A stretch of 64,000 nt of DNA from a virus (Duplodnaviria; Caudoviricetes). Made by a program: the position numbers and the translations under genes. The notes beneath the pieces are model-generated. The model saw nothing but the letters and a program-made list of their open reading frames with translations, made no database searches and was not told the DNA's origin. The DNA is taken from positions 25,138 to 89,137 of IMG/VR virus record IMGVR_UViG_3300048581_000044; one strand, written 5' to 3'. Shown here piece after piece: positions 44,932 through 54,418 of this stretch (position 1 is the first letter of the stretch; each line of letters starts with the position of its first letter).

Positions 44932-45320
44932 TAGTTTTTAAACGCACTTGGAGGGAGAGCGCGAGGGAATGGCGCACGAGGATCAGCGAGGCCACGTGGA
45001 ACAAGGCGTTCGGTGCTGGTAGCAGGGGAAGAGGTGGTTAGTAAGAACAGCTCATACTCTGCACTATCGAGAGCGACCTTGGTAAAGAAAGCACGATCCC
45101 AATCAGTCTCAAGCTCGCCTTGCACGAGTTGTGTAAACAGCTCTCGCAGATTGTCAAAGTCTTCGGGCTTCACGAGATCGATACAGGCGTCACACAGCTT
45201 AAGGCCGATGATGCCTGAAATTGGGGCTTGCTGATCGGGTGAGAGCCCGAGAATAGGGACGTTAAGCTTGGGCGCCCATTTCGCTTCGTGCGTGCAGCCT
45301 GTTCGATTACAAAGAGCCAT
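44931..45320 (-). CDS. hypothetical protein with four Cys (CxxxxC...CxxC)
   Basis: TAATG-coupled on both sides. Confidence 0.6.
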   Translation of the reverse strand: MALCNRTGCTHEAKWAPKLNVPILGLSPDQQAPISGIIGLKLCDACIDLVKPEDFDNLRELFTQLVQGELETDWDRAFFTKVALDSAEYELFLLTTSSPATSTERLVPRGLADPRAPFPRALPPSAFKN

Positions 45321-45820
45321 TAAAGTTCTCCATTTCTAAGCAATTCGCTTAAATGAAAAGCCGGAGTCCACGCCGTCATGGCCGGGATAATCCAGCTATC
45401 AGCGTTCTCCGCCGTAATCACTGATGGTATCCTAGCAACACCGTTAAATCCAGCCGCTCTTGGCACGGCCCAGACATTCGCAGCCCTCCCGCCCATGGTT
45501 GGGTTATAAATCGGCGTTCCAGTCCCACGGTGCATTGGGTAAGCGCGCCCACCTATGAGGTGTTGCTTTAGGTCGATTTCTTTATGGCCTTCTTCCAAAA
45601 TCTCAGCTTCAGGCGAGTCAGCGATCACAGCGATGTGATTAGGTCCTCGGTCTTCGACGCGGATATTGGAGGCCATTCGGCCGGTTGGATTGAGGACGCG
45701 ATAGCCTGCTAAAGACTCCTCTCCCATAGCGAAAGCGATCCATTTTTGCAGGACTTCATGCGCTGCGGCCGTGAGTTCATCTGGCGATAAAGTGGTGAAA
45801 ACGTCGTAGCTGATCGGCAT
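45320..45820 (-). CDS. neck/tail-completion protein (HK97 gp10-like position)
   Basis: TGRMASNI...EEGHKEIDLK; TAATG overlap gives start 45820. Confidence 0.6.
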   Translation of the reverse strand: MPISYDVFTTLSPDELTAAAHEVLQKWIAFAMGEESLAGYRVLNPTGRMASNIRVEDRGPNHIAVIADSPEAEILEEGHKEIDLKQHLIGGRAYPMHRGTGTPIYNPTMGGRAANVWAVPRAAGFNGVARIPSVITAENADSWIIPAMTAWTPAFHLSELLRNGEL

Positions 45821-46563
45821 TAAATCTTCCCCGACCCGCGCAGCCAAAGGTCTAAGGCTTGAAGCCGAAAACGTTTAGGCAGCGGCTGCTCTCCATACGG
45901 ACGATCATGCGCCATCGCGCCAGCAGGACGCCATGCGACAAACGCTTTGGCAGCTTTGTACTGCACGACATAGCTTGTTCCTGTGGCATAGCCACTAGGA
46001 AGCGTGACCGCCGCGCCCGACACAACATAGCCTGACACCAAATCGACTGCATTTGTCGCGGTGTTATAAACCGTCACCGCCCCAGATACAGGGACGGTAA
46101 GAAGCTGCTGATAAGGAACCACCTGAATCCCCCCGACTTGAAGCTGGCTTTCAAATCTATCAATCGCATCGATCTGCACAAACACATCGTTCAAGCTGGC
46201 TTCTTGCCAGACTGCTCCAGCGGCTTGCGGAATAGTAAGCGTCGGTTCAGCGTGTTGGATTTGGCCGAATTTCTCATCCATCATCACGCCGGGTTCATCA
46301 GGCGACGGGGACATGTGAACGAACGTGATAAGGCCAGAGAAAGTCGGGGAAGCCGTATCCCAATACCAGCCAAGCCCATGGCAGGTGTTGCATTGCGGAT
46401 CAGGAGAGCCAGTGAGCTGGCCTGAAAAAGTGCAAGGACAGAGATGAGATTTCTGCCAAGTCAGTCGCGTTCCGTAATTGCCGAGGAGCTTGTCGAACGG
46501 CCCAAACGGCATTACGTAGGGATTGATCGGCGGGAGATAGGGAGAATAGCCGGAAGCGGACAT
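45820..46563 (-). CDS. head-closure/neck protein with CPC...CxxCxGxG motif
   Basis: HLCPC...PDPQCNTCHGLGW, as in SPO1/Twort-type neck proteins. Confidence 0.7.
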   Translation of the reverse strand: MSASGYSPYLPPINPYVMPFGPFDKLLGNYGTRLTWQKSHLCPCTFSGQLTGSPDPQCNTCHGLGWYWDTASPTFSGLITFVHMSPSPDEPGVMMDEKFGQIQHAEPTLTIPQAAGAVWQEASLNDVFVQIDAIDRFESQLQVGGIQVVPYQQLLTVPVSGAVTVYNTATNAVDLVSGYVVSGAAVTLPSGYATGTSYVVQYKAAKAFVAWRPAGAMAHDRPYGEQPLPKRFRLQALDLWLRGSGKI

Positions 46564-46574
46564 TTAGAACCTTT

Positions 46575-47600
46575 CTAAAGCGATCCTAGCATGGGTCCTG
46601 CCACCTTGCTTTGAGCCATCTTCATCAATCGTTCACGGCGTTTTTCGAAATTAGAAATCAGTGGACCAAACGGCCCGTTCTTAAAATACGTGGTCTTATA
46701 CTGCATTCCGTCAACAGCCATAGAATATGATTCCGCGCCTAGATTCAACGTCCCTTGGATCGCAGACAGCGCGGTTATCGACGCTTCAGCAAGCACGAGT
46801 TCTTTCATAAAGGAATAATGCGAAGCATAATCGAGTGCTGTCAGCCCAGCTGTGTAGTTAACCCAAATCCCCCCTGGCGTGTTTTCGTTAAACCCCATAA
46901 ATGCAAGCTGCATTGCCCAAAGTGGAAGCATTTGGACATTCGTAGCTGGGACAAGGCGGATGTAGCCATAGTTGCGGTCTTCAACAAACCACGGCGGAGG
47001 GACTCGAAAATACTCGTTCAAGAGCGGATAGATAAACGACATGCTCTTGATTGCTGTGATTCCCTGCGTAGCGGGTGTTCCTGATACGCCGATTTTATTG
47101 TACGTAGTGCTTTGCACTGGCCGATAGCGGAGAGTCAGATAAGTCCAGCCTGCATCCTGTGCGCGCGCGAAGTTGAAATCGTAGGCATTGTCTTCAAGAT
47201 CATAGTCGTAGCCAAGCTGCTGGCCATTGCCGTTCTTTGTAATCAGCCCTACAGAATTGGCGATTTGCTGATCCAACGCAGGCGGAGAGGCCACCCATGT
47301 CTGGCAAAGGAGAATCGTTGTCTCTTGCTCGACTTTATCCTCAGCCCAGCGAATCCACTGCTGGATTGTCGCAGGGAGAACAGGAGTCGGCGGGTTGCCG
47401 TAATAGACTAGCGGAACGCCTACATAGGCTTGGAGATCGGCCGGTGACACGCCGGTCTTGGTCGGGGCGTAGCCGCTTGGATAAGCCGTCGAGATGCCCA
47501 CAGGATAGCCTGAGACGACCGGGACTTCCCCGCTGGTGTCCCATAGCCAGAGAGCCTGATCGGGGACGGCTGGCGCGTAGCCAGAGGCGTAGGTAGGCAT
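46575..47600 (-). CDS. head-tail adaptor/neck protein
   Basis: WIRWAEDKVEQETTILL, L.YRPV, YTAGL, S.S..VDG motifs. Confidence 0.7.
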   Translation of the reverse strand: MPTYASGYAPAVPDQALWLWDTSGEVPVVSGYPVGISTAYPSGYAPTKTGVSPADLQAYVGVPLVYYGNPPTPVLPATIQQWIRWAEDKVEQETTILLCQTWVASPPALDQQIANSVGLITKNGNGQQLGYDYDLEDNAYDFNFARAQDAGWTYLTLRYRPVQSTTYNKIGVSGTPATQGITAIKSMSFIYPLLNEYFRVPPPWFVEDRNYGYIRLVPATNVQMLPLWAMQLAFMGFNENTPGGIWVNYTAGLTALDYASHYSFMKELVLAEASITALSAIQGTLNLGAESYSMAVDGMQYKTTYFKNGPFGPLISNFEKRRERLMKMAQSKVAGPMLGSL

Positions 47601-47606
47601 TTCGAG

Positions 47607-47900
47607 CTAGTCCCTCTCGACAGGCGGCGGGGATTTTTTGAGGGCTATGGGCGCTTTGTGAGGCGTTGGAGAAGGCACTGAAGATGGCGCGGCTTCTGTC
47701 CCAACGCTAAAGACCTCGATATCAGGATGCCCCTTACCTTCGCCAACAAGAAACTCCCCGTTGAGAAGCTCTTCAGATTCAAAGGAGCCATCTTTCAGCC
47801 GCTTGAAATGTACGCCTGCGATCACGCCCCCAATACGGTTATGGGCTGTCCAGATGTTGAACAGGAGGCTTTTGGGGCGAATGCGCGCAAAATGCTTCAT
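47607..47900 (-). CDS. small hypothetical protein
   Basis: GGGAG RBS before ATG 47900. Confidence 0.55.
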   Translation of the reverse strand: MKHFARIRPKSLLFNIWTAHNRIGGVIAGVHFKRLKDGSFESEELLNGEFLVGEGKGHPDIEVFSVGTEAAPSSVPSPTPHKAPIALKKSPPPVERD

Positions 47901-47919
47901 TGGAGGGCTCCCTAAGAGG

Positions 47920-47930
47920 GGGAGATTGTA
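47920..47930 (-). promoter_or_regulatory. candidate -10 element TACAATCTCCC
   Basis: Matches TATAATCTCCC at 43.2 kb and shares the downstream TAGG(G)AGCCCTC; GCTA box not at canonical spacing. Confidence 0.4.
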
Positions 47931-47961
47931 GCGGAGAGACCAGGGTTTCTCCAGCACGTAT

Positions 47962-48606
47962 TTAAGAAGAGGGCACTATCTTTCGTCCCGCAAGAACAGT
48001 CATCTGCTTTTCCTGCACAACGTAAGCTCCTACAGGCGTGAGGTTTATTTCAGGAAACAAAGCTGTGTAAAAAGGAACAGTGCGTGCTTTCCAGAATGAA
48101 TCAGACTCTTCCTCTTTCTCAGCTGTGCGTTCAACCAAGAACAGCAAACCATCTGGAGCCAAAAGCTGATTTAACAACGGCCCGTACTGGCTAACAATGT
48201 CATCAGGCAAATATCCCAGGACATTCACAATCCACATAGCGTCAAAAAGGTGCTTTTCAGCATGGAAAAACGAGTGCGGGCCGCAAGCACGATAACGGAC
48301 GCGCTTATGGTAACTAGCTAGGTTGAAAAAGTCCGAACAGGGGTCATAGGCTAAGACGCGATATGTTGCGTAAATGTTAGCCAGTGCGTTAGAAAATCTC
48401 CCATAGCCACATCCGAAATCTAAAATTCTAGCTTTTCGTTTATCAACTATTTGCGCTTTGAAAAGCGAAATAAGCAGGTTTAGCTGCCGATTAGTGCTGT
48501 GGCTGAAATAAGTACGATCAATTGCCAAGTCATCAGCCGCGCGTTTTCCATAACGGCTGACACGTTCCTGCCAGATGTCACGAAAAGGGTTGAAGGAGTC
48601 AGACAT
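47962..48606 (-). CDS. class I SAM-dependent methyltransferase
   Basis: RILDFGCGYGRF motif I, AYDPC, FDAMWI..VL, LLAPDGLLFLVE. Confidence 0.88.
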   Translation of the reverse strand: MSDSFNPFRDIWQERVSRYGKRAADDLAIDRTYFSHSTNRQLNLLISLFKAQIVDKRKARILDFGCGYGRFSNALANIYATYRVLAYDPCSDFFNLASYHKRVRYRACGPHSFFHAEKHLFDAMWIVNVLGYLPDDIVSQYGPLLNQLLAPDGLLFLVERTAEKEEESDSFWKARTVPFYTALFPEINLTPVGAYVVQEKQMTVLAGRKIVPSS

Positions 48607-48646
48607 GGACTTTTAGCTTAGGAGACTGCGTGAAAAACTCAAGCCT

Positions 48647-48997
48647 TCATTCGTAACCCCACCCTTCGTGGTCAGATCGGCCGGTGTTCAAATGCCCATC
48701 CTCATGCCGGATGATGCAGGCGACTTCGACCACGGGCAGATCGCTCGGCACGATCCGCAGCGGCACGCCGTCGACGCGACCGGGGATCACGCAACCCTCC
48801 AAACGCCCGCGGTAGTCGCGCAATCCCTCAAACACCCGGCACGCGCTGTCGATGTCCCAATACGGCAGGCGGTGATCGATGAACGGCCGCGTTGGGACGT
48901 GGTCGTAGGGCTGCGGCGGGATCAATGTCGTGTCGCAGTCTGCCAGTGCTGGCGTGGCGAGGAGGAGCAAGAGGGCTAGGGCTGCGGCGCGAGTCAT
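48647..48997 (-). CDS. small secreted protein with HExxH motif
   Basis: ATGA overlap; MTRAAALALLLLLATPALA-D; RHEDGHLN...DH. Confidence 0.65.
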   Translation of the reverse strand: MTRAAALALLLLLATPALADCDTTLIPPQPYDHVPTRPFIDHRLPYWDIDSACRVFEGLRDYRGRLEGCVIPGRVDGVPLRIVPSDLPVVEVACIIRHEDGHLNTGRSDHEGWGYE

Positions 48998-50232
48998 GGG
49001 GCGGTGGCCGCTTGGAATTGTGCGTCTGACATCGCATATGGGACTACATACTGCCGCGCCGTGTTGCCATTCTGGAATGCTGACGACCCGCCTATTGATC
49101 CCTGATACACCGCCGTAACCGCAGCCGGGGTATTCGCGGCGCTCACTATCGTGCCACCATTCAACACGATAGCAACACTTGTCGGCATCCACCGCAGACC
49201 GACCTTGACTGTTCCGGTCCACGTCGCGGTGTTTGCCGTTGTTTGCGCCCCACCCCATGCGGTCGTCAGTTTGTTGTCTACGGTCTTGCCAAGACCGATG
49301 AGAGAGTTGATGCCGAAGAGTGTCCCGGCCACAGATTGCACGCCGTTTTTAAGTGTGATGATGATGGTGCCGCTTGGCTTTTGCATAGCGGCAAGGGCCA
49401 CGCTCTGCCACGGCGCATTATCGGCAGCCCGCGTGGCAGCGGCGCCTGCGGTGATGATCGGGGGTGTGGCGAAGGAGCCTTCTTCGAGTTGGTTAAGGAT
49501 GAAGTAGACGACGGCGCCAGGCTGCGCACGGATGCCTAATTGATCCGCACTTACAGAGGTGCCCGTTACGCTGACGCGGGCGTATGTTGCAGAGGTAATT
49601 GCAACAAAAACTCCCGTACTCGTAACCATCCGCAAGATACTGCCCGCAGGCCCCGAAACTCGTGCGTACACGCTTAGCGTTTGGGTATTTATATTGCCCG
49701 CCGTTCCACCCATTGCTGCAATTGCGGCCGTAGACCCACTGGTATTATCTAGCTTGTAGACTTTGCCGCTGGTAGCAATTTGAGAGAGCAGCGCCGTGGC
49801 AAGCGCAGAACTATCATCAACAACCGTGAGCGTCGCCGCAGCATCCCCCGTCTTCGTGACGTTCGTCAGGTCTGTCGGATTTGCGTTGTAATTGGTGTTT
49901 TTGTTCGTCCTCGCCTCGTACACCTGCAACCCGAGGTCGGAAATAGCCAGGACGTTGTTACCAACGCTAGACCAATGCCCATTCACCCACTGCACAAGTT
50001 CTGGCGATGCGCGCGAGACCGACAGCACGCTTGTGATTGGCACAACGCGCCGATTGATCGTGCATTGCGCAGTCGTAAACTGGCAGTCCGCCGACGAGCC
50101 CGGCTGCGTCCACGCAACGACGCCTGAGAACAGCACCGCATCTTTTGCGGCGGGTGTGATCCCGCTAGATGGCGCAGCAAGCAACCCGACTAGCAGGAGC
50201 GGAAGCAGCAATATCCGGAGGAGGTTCTTCAT
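48994..50232 (-). CDS. virion fibre/lectin-like protein with predicted signal peptide
   Basis: MKNLLRILLLPLLLVGLLAA-P; SRAS...GLQVYEARTN and T.GAAATRAAD motifs, C-terminal ConA-like region. Confidence 0.75.
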   Translation of the reverse strand: MKNLLRILLLPLLLVGLLAAPSSGITPAAKDAVLFSGVVAWTQPGSSADCQFTTAQCTINRRVVPITSVLSVSRASPELVQWVNGHWSSVGNNVLAISDLGLQVYEARTNKNTNYNANPTDLTNVTKTGDAAATLTVVDDSSALATALLSQIATSGKVYKLDNTSGSTAAIAAMGGTAGNINTQTLSVYARVSGPAGSILRMVTSTGVFVAITSATYARVSVTGTSVSADQLGIRAQPGAVVYFILNQLEEGSFATPPIITAGAAATRAADNAPWQSVALAAMQKPSGTIIITLKNGVQSVAGTLFGINSLIGLGKTVDNKLTTAWGGAQTTANTATWTGTVKVGLRWMPTSVAIVLNGGTIVSAANTPAAVTAVYQGSIGGSSAFQNGNTARQYVVPYAMSDAQFQAATAP

Positions 50233-50247
50233 GCGCCTGCGCCTCGC

Positions 50248-51042
50248 CTACTGAGCCGTCTTAACGCCGAACTGCCAGTCGCCCGTCGTCGGAGGCGTCT
50301 CGGCAGTATTATCGGTCACGCACATGTAGAGCGTAGTCCCGTCGCTCACATACGACAGAGCCAAATTCGTGAGGGCGCCAAAGCTTGCAGTTGCGGCGTC
50401 ACCAGATACCGCGGGGAATAATTGCCCAAGCGAACCGTTGAGGACCATGAACAGGTCATCGGCGGCGCTACCAACAAAGGCGGCTTTGTCCGTGCAGGTC
50501 GTATTAGTTGGGTTATGGTCCCAAACCCGCACCGTCTTGGCCACCGTCGAGCCACTGGCTGACCGGCCTTGCACCACCATGAGCGCCCCGGACGACGTGA
50601 CTGTGAATGACATCAGGCCGCCCAGCGCATTGCCTTGAGCATAGGCTGCGTTTTGAATGGTTGGCTTGATCCAGACGTTTTTGTAGGCTGCGGGATCGGT
50701 GCCGACCTTACCAATAACGTTGGCACCGGCATTCGCCACCACCCCATTCGTTGACCCCGGCGTGGTCTGGTCGATCTTGACCGGCCACGGGCTTGCGCCT
50801 GCGGTGCCTTGGTTCGCCGTCACTGTGCCGGAAACCGAAACCGCCGAAATGCAAAGCGTTCCATCAGGGCCAAGCGTGATAACACGCAGTTGCCCGACTG
50901 CTGTTGCGTAGTTCGCCCCAGCACAAGCAGCAAGGACAATTCCACGTGCCCCAGCATCTTGCGCTAAGGCAGCGGGCGAAAAGAAAAGCCCAAAAAGGCT
51001 CCCCATAAAAGCCAAGATCAGGGCAAAACGAGGGGATTTCAT
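50248..51042 (-). CDS. head decoration-like protein with predicted signal peptide
   Basis: GGAG RBS; MKSPRFALILAFMGSLFGLFFSPAALA-Q; VTANQGTAG.SPWPV motif; directly after the capsid gene. Confidence 0.7.
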   Translation of the reverse strand: MKSPRFALILAFMGSLFGLFFSPAALAQDAGARGIVLAACAGANYATAVGQLRVITLGPDGTLCISAVSVSGTVTANQGTAGASPWPVKIDQTTPGSTNGVVANAGANVIGKVGTDPAAYKNVWIKPTIQNAAYAQGNALGGLMSFTVTSSGALMVVQGRSASGSTVAKTVRVWDHNPTNTTCTDKAAFVGSAADDLFMVLNGSLGQLFPAVSGDAATASFGALTNLALSYVSDGTTLYMCVTDNTAETPPTTGDWQFGVKTAQ

Positions 51043-51079
51043 CAGCAGTGCTCCGTACAGGGTAGCCGCAGGCAGCGCA

Positions 51080-51113
51080 ATTATAGCTGAAAAGTGGTCT
51101 AACGACAGATAGC
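51080..51113 (-). promoter_or_regulatory. candidate late promoter GCTA-N24-TATAAT
   Basis: Immediately downstream of the capsid terminator. Confidence 0.6.
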
Positions 51114-51119
51114 AAAAGC

Positions 51120-51149
51120 AAAAAGAGCCCACTTACGCAGGCTCTTTTT
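51120..51149. terminator. bidirectional intrinsic terminator after the major capsid gene
   Basis: AAAAAGAGCC-N10-GGCTCTTTTT. Confidence 0.8.
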
Positions 51150-51178
51150 AATAGGTCTTAGTGGCTTATCTTCAGCTC

Positions 51179-52963
51179 TTAAGTGGCGCTTGCATTCGGC
51201 AAGAGAGGATTCCAGTTCGGCTGATCAGGCACGTAGTTATTGATCAAGCCGTGGAATTTCGGAATGCGCAGCCGCGAGGCGCCAATCATGCACACTGCCC
51301 AAGGCATGTAGAGGTTTTGGGCGAAAAGCTCAATCTTGGTAAGCGGGAGCAGATAACGGAAGTCCAGCGCGAAATCGTTCTCGTCCAAGTCAAGAAGGAA
51401 GATAACTTCCGAGCCGGGGATTTTGGTATTGAGATCAGTCCAGGTGACTGCCGAACCCCCCGAAGCCGCAACCGTGCCAACGTAGCGGTAAGAAGCCGCG
51501 TTCGCCGCACCGCTGGTGGCAGGCGCGTAGCCAAGGCCAGAGCGATAAATGCGGAAGGCTGCGTCGGTGGCTTCAGCTGGGGTGACGGTCAAGGTGATCG
51601 CACCACTGGCCGCAACACCCGTCACGGCCAGGGTCGAACCAGCACCGGCGCCCGAAGAGATGAAGGTCAGGAGTGATTCGTTCATGGATGCATCGCAGGA
51701 TGCGGCGGCGTAGCTGTAGACGCCAGAGGCCGCGACATAGCCGCCAGCCCAGGCCGAGTTGGCAACCGCGCCAGTGACCACCGCAGCGCTCAACGACGTG
51801 GGCTTAAGCGGATTGGAAACAGTCGCGTAGTTTGTGCCATCATCAAAGAGGATCGCCTGGGCAGGCTTATCACGCGCACTGATGAAGAGATCGATTGGAA
51901 ATTGAATCTCACCAAAGCGCGTGCGCATTCCTTGCAAATCGCCATCCACAACGACGCCAGAAAGGCGTTCCTGGGTGGGCGTAATCGCCGTGACAATGTT
52001 GTTCAAGACGGTCGTAACGAGTGATTGGAGAGAACCAGCAGCAGTTGGCGACATGAACGCGTGGGTAATCCGGCCAAACTGACGGAAGTTAGTAATCTGC
52101 GCCGAAGCTTCATAGATCAGGTTGAACAAGCCCTGAGCCGAAGTCCAGCCGTTGGTCGTTCCAACCGACGCGTACCACGTTTGGTAATTGAACGTATTCG
52201 CCGCGGGGATCGAACCAGCAATACCCTGGAACTGATTCGCGAAGAAAGTCGGATTGCCCCAATAGCACGTCCAATTGATCGAAGAGAGGACCGTCAGGGC
52301 AGCGTTGATGTTTTCCTGCGCCGTGATATCGACAAAGGAGTTCTGCGCTGCCAAGGCAGTTGTGATCGCACGGCCATTGACCGCGAGCTTGAGCGTGATG
52401 TTGTTGAGGTTATAGACGCCCGCGCTGGTGGACAACGTGCCAGAGGCAACATTGCCAAAGCCCTGGAACGCCGTACCAGGAAGACCGCCGCCAGTATCGG
52501 CAGCATACGGCCAGTAATCGACAACCTGATAGGCGCCGGACTTGTGAAGGCACTGATAAAGCGTGAAAGAATTCGGCCGAACCGTGCCACGGGCCATCTG
52601 TGTATCGAGCGAGACATAGCCGAGCGACTGGCCACCGTTGATGGCCGAGAAGTTCGTCAATGTGCCAACGTCAAGCTGCGACTTGGTGATTGCACCGTCT
52701 TTGGAGAGATCGCGCAAAGACTTAAACTGCTTCGCTCGCGTGTTCGACCGGAAGGCTTTAGCGATAGCATTATGCGCCGTCATCCGGCGATCCGCTTCCT
52801 GACGCACATACTCAATGTCCGCGCTGCGGCTCTCTTGAGGCATCATCAGCCCGAGCAAAATCCCGCGGAACGGGCTGTTCGGATCGATCATGGCGTTGAG
52901 CCGGTCAACGGACTTTGCAATCTCCATTTGGAGGTGATCGCGAACAGTTAGCTCCTGAGTCAT
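51179..52963 (-). CDS. major capsid protein (SPO1/Twort-like) with C-terminal accessory domain
   Basis: After protease and scaffold; ITKS..., GGQSLGYVSLD...FTLYQ, E.A...W.C.WG pattern; GAGG RBS before ATG 52963; strong terminator downstream. Confidence 0.85.
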   Translation of the reverse strand: MTQELTVRDHLQMEIAKSVDRLNAMIDPNSPFRGILLGLMMPQESRSADIEYVRQEADRRMTAHNAIAKAFRSNTRAKQFKSLRDLSKDGAITKSQLDVGTLTNFSAINGGQSLGYVSLDTQMARGTVRPNSFTLYQCLHKSGAYQVVDYWPYAADTGGGLPGTAFQGFGNVASGTLSTSAGVYNLNNITLKLAVNGRAITTALAAQNSFVDITAQENINAALTVLSSINWTCYWGNPTFFANQFQGIAGSIPAANTFNYQTWYASVGTTNGWTSAQGLFNLIYEASAQITNFRQFGRITHAFMSPTAAGSLQSLVTTVLNNIVTAITPTQERLSGVVVDGDLQGMRTRFGEIQFPIDLFISARDKPAQAILFDDGTNYATVSNPLKPTSLSAAVVTGAVANSAWAGGYVAASGVYSYAAASCDASMNESLLTFISSGAGAGSTLAVTGVAASGAITLTVTPAEATDAAFRIYRSGLGYAPATSGAANAASYRYVGTVAASGGSAVTWTDLNTKIPGSEVIFLLDLDENDFALDFRYLLPLTKIELFAQNLYMPWAVCMIGASRLRIPKFHGLINNYVPDQPNWNPLLPNASAT

Positions 52964-53028
52964 TTTGGTCCTCGTTGAGTGCCGACTTTTACGGCGATAC
53001 AAGCGTCAGTTGTTGTGGCGGACGGCGG

Positions 53029-54300
53029 TTAAGCGACTCGCAGAACGTCAGAAAAGAGCGAACGAACAGAGGCGGTGGTCTTGGCAAGGCGGTCAGTGAC
53101 GACAGTCGGGTCGAGCTTGCCGCCTTTGACGAGTTCCAGCTTGGAGAAAATGTCGCGGGCAGCAAAGGCGTCGGTCATGGAAAGCGTGCCGGAGTCTTCC
53201 ATGTCCATAATGCGCTCAGGGATCGTGTTGAGGGATTCCAGAGTCGCCTTGGCGATGTTAGGGACCTGATCGCTTACGCGGCTTTTGCCAGAGACAACAT
53301 CGAGCATTCCGGCGACGGTGGTCTGGAGAGTCGCAATACCAGCGAGGGCTTTCTGGAGGTCGTCGGGGGAGACGGCGGATTTAGCAGCTTCAGCAGCCTG
53401 ATTGCCCGTCTTCGGGTCAGCGTGATCGGCCTGATTCCCAGCGATGTCGGTTTTGGCCTTGGCAGCTTTTGCAGCTTTGGCAGCCTTGGTCTGCTCTTCG
53501 CCGTCGTCTTCCTCGTCCTCTTCGTCGTCTTCCTGCTCCTGCACGACATCGACATCGGCTTTCGCTGCGAGGGCACGGACGGATTTCTTGAGTTCGAGGC
53601 TCTTGGCCGCATAAGCACAGCTACGCGCCTTGCCGAGCAGCTTGCCAGCCGCCTTACGGAGAGCCTTCGCTTCGGCTTTAAGGGCCTTGCATTTCTCTTC
53701 GTCTTCAGGTTCGTCTTCGGCGAGCGCTTCGGCTTTCTTGGCCTTTTTGATAAGGCCCTTTGCCTTAAGGATCAAGGACTTAGCGCGAGAAGCGTTGATC
53801 TCAACGACCTCGGACTCTTCCTCATCTTCCTCTTCGTCGGTTTCCTCCTGCGCTTCATCCTCGTGATCGGCTTTGACCAGTGCGGAGAGCAGGGCTTTGA
53901 TAGCGGTCTGGCTATTCGCCAAGACGTTGAGATTGTTGGAAATCGCCTTCATAGAGGCGTTGAAATTGTGCAACATGTCCGCGAGGGCCATCGGGGTTTC
54001 GGCAACGCCGTGAACCTGGGTGACAGGATTGGAATATTCCTTGACCATTGCTTCAGCGCCTGCGCCCGAAGCAGCCTGGGCCGGGCCGGTCTTAACCTGT
54101 TCAGCAGTAGCCGAACGATTGGTCTGGCCTTCCAAGAAATGCCCTTCGACCAGTTCGCCAGGACGAAGCTTTTCCGAACCGTTCTGGAGCACGCCTTTGG
54201 TCAGCGCGGCGTCATCAGAAAGCGCCTCAACCAAATCAGGATCGGCCCCTTTCAGGATATTCAGGGCATCCAACAGGGTTGCAATCTTGGACTTGGGCAT
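53029..54300 (-). CDS. scaffold-like acidic/Lys-Ala-rich protein
   Basis: Lies between protease and capsid; poly-Glu/Asp tracts; many xxKA/KS sites; GGAG RBS before ATG 54300. Confidence 0.7.
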   Translation of the reverse strand: MPKSKIATLLDALNILKGADPDLVEALSDDAALTKGVLQNGSEKLRPGELVEGHFLEGQTNRSATAEQVKTGPAQAASGAGAEAMVKEYSNPVTQVHGVAETPMALADMLHNFNASMKAISNNLNVLANSQTAIKALLSALVKADHEDEAQEETDEEEDEEESEVVEINASRAKSLILKAKGLIKKAKKAEALAEDEPEDEEKCKALKAEAKALRKAAGKLLGKARSCAYAAKSLELKKSVRALAAKADVDVVQEQEDDEEDEEDDGEEQTKAAKAAKAAKAKTDIAGNQADHADPKTGNQAAEAAKSAVSPDDLQKALAGIATLQTTVAGMLDVVSGKSRVSDQVPNIAKATLESLNTIPERIMDMEDSGTLSMTDAFAARDIFSKLELVKGGKLDPTVVTDRLAKTTASVRSLFSDVLRVA

Positions 54301-54358
54301 AGGATTCTCCGCTTTCGCCGTGGAGGCGCGTTTATTGCAGCACGCCATCATGCGAGGA

Positions 54359-54396
54359 AGATTACAGCTAGGGATTGGGAAGGGCCAATAGCGGGT
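54359..54396 (-). promoter_or_regulatory. candidate late promoter (second copy of the 20-bp repeat)
   Basis: ACCCGCTATTGGCCCTTCCC; TAATCT at N24 from GCTA (or TGTAAT at N22). Confidence 0.65.
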
Positions 54397-54418
54397 TTTT
54401 AGGAAAAATGGGATTTTT

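Noticed and set aside
52025-54402. Long + strand ORFs (308 and 495 aa) opposite the capsid and scaffold genes
   Set aside because: Antisense shadows of strongly codon-biased, highly expressed genes; no RBS or recognisable motifs.
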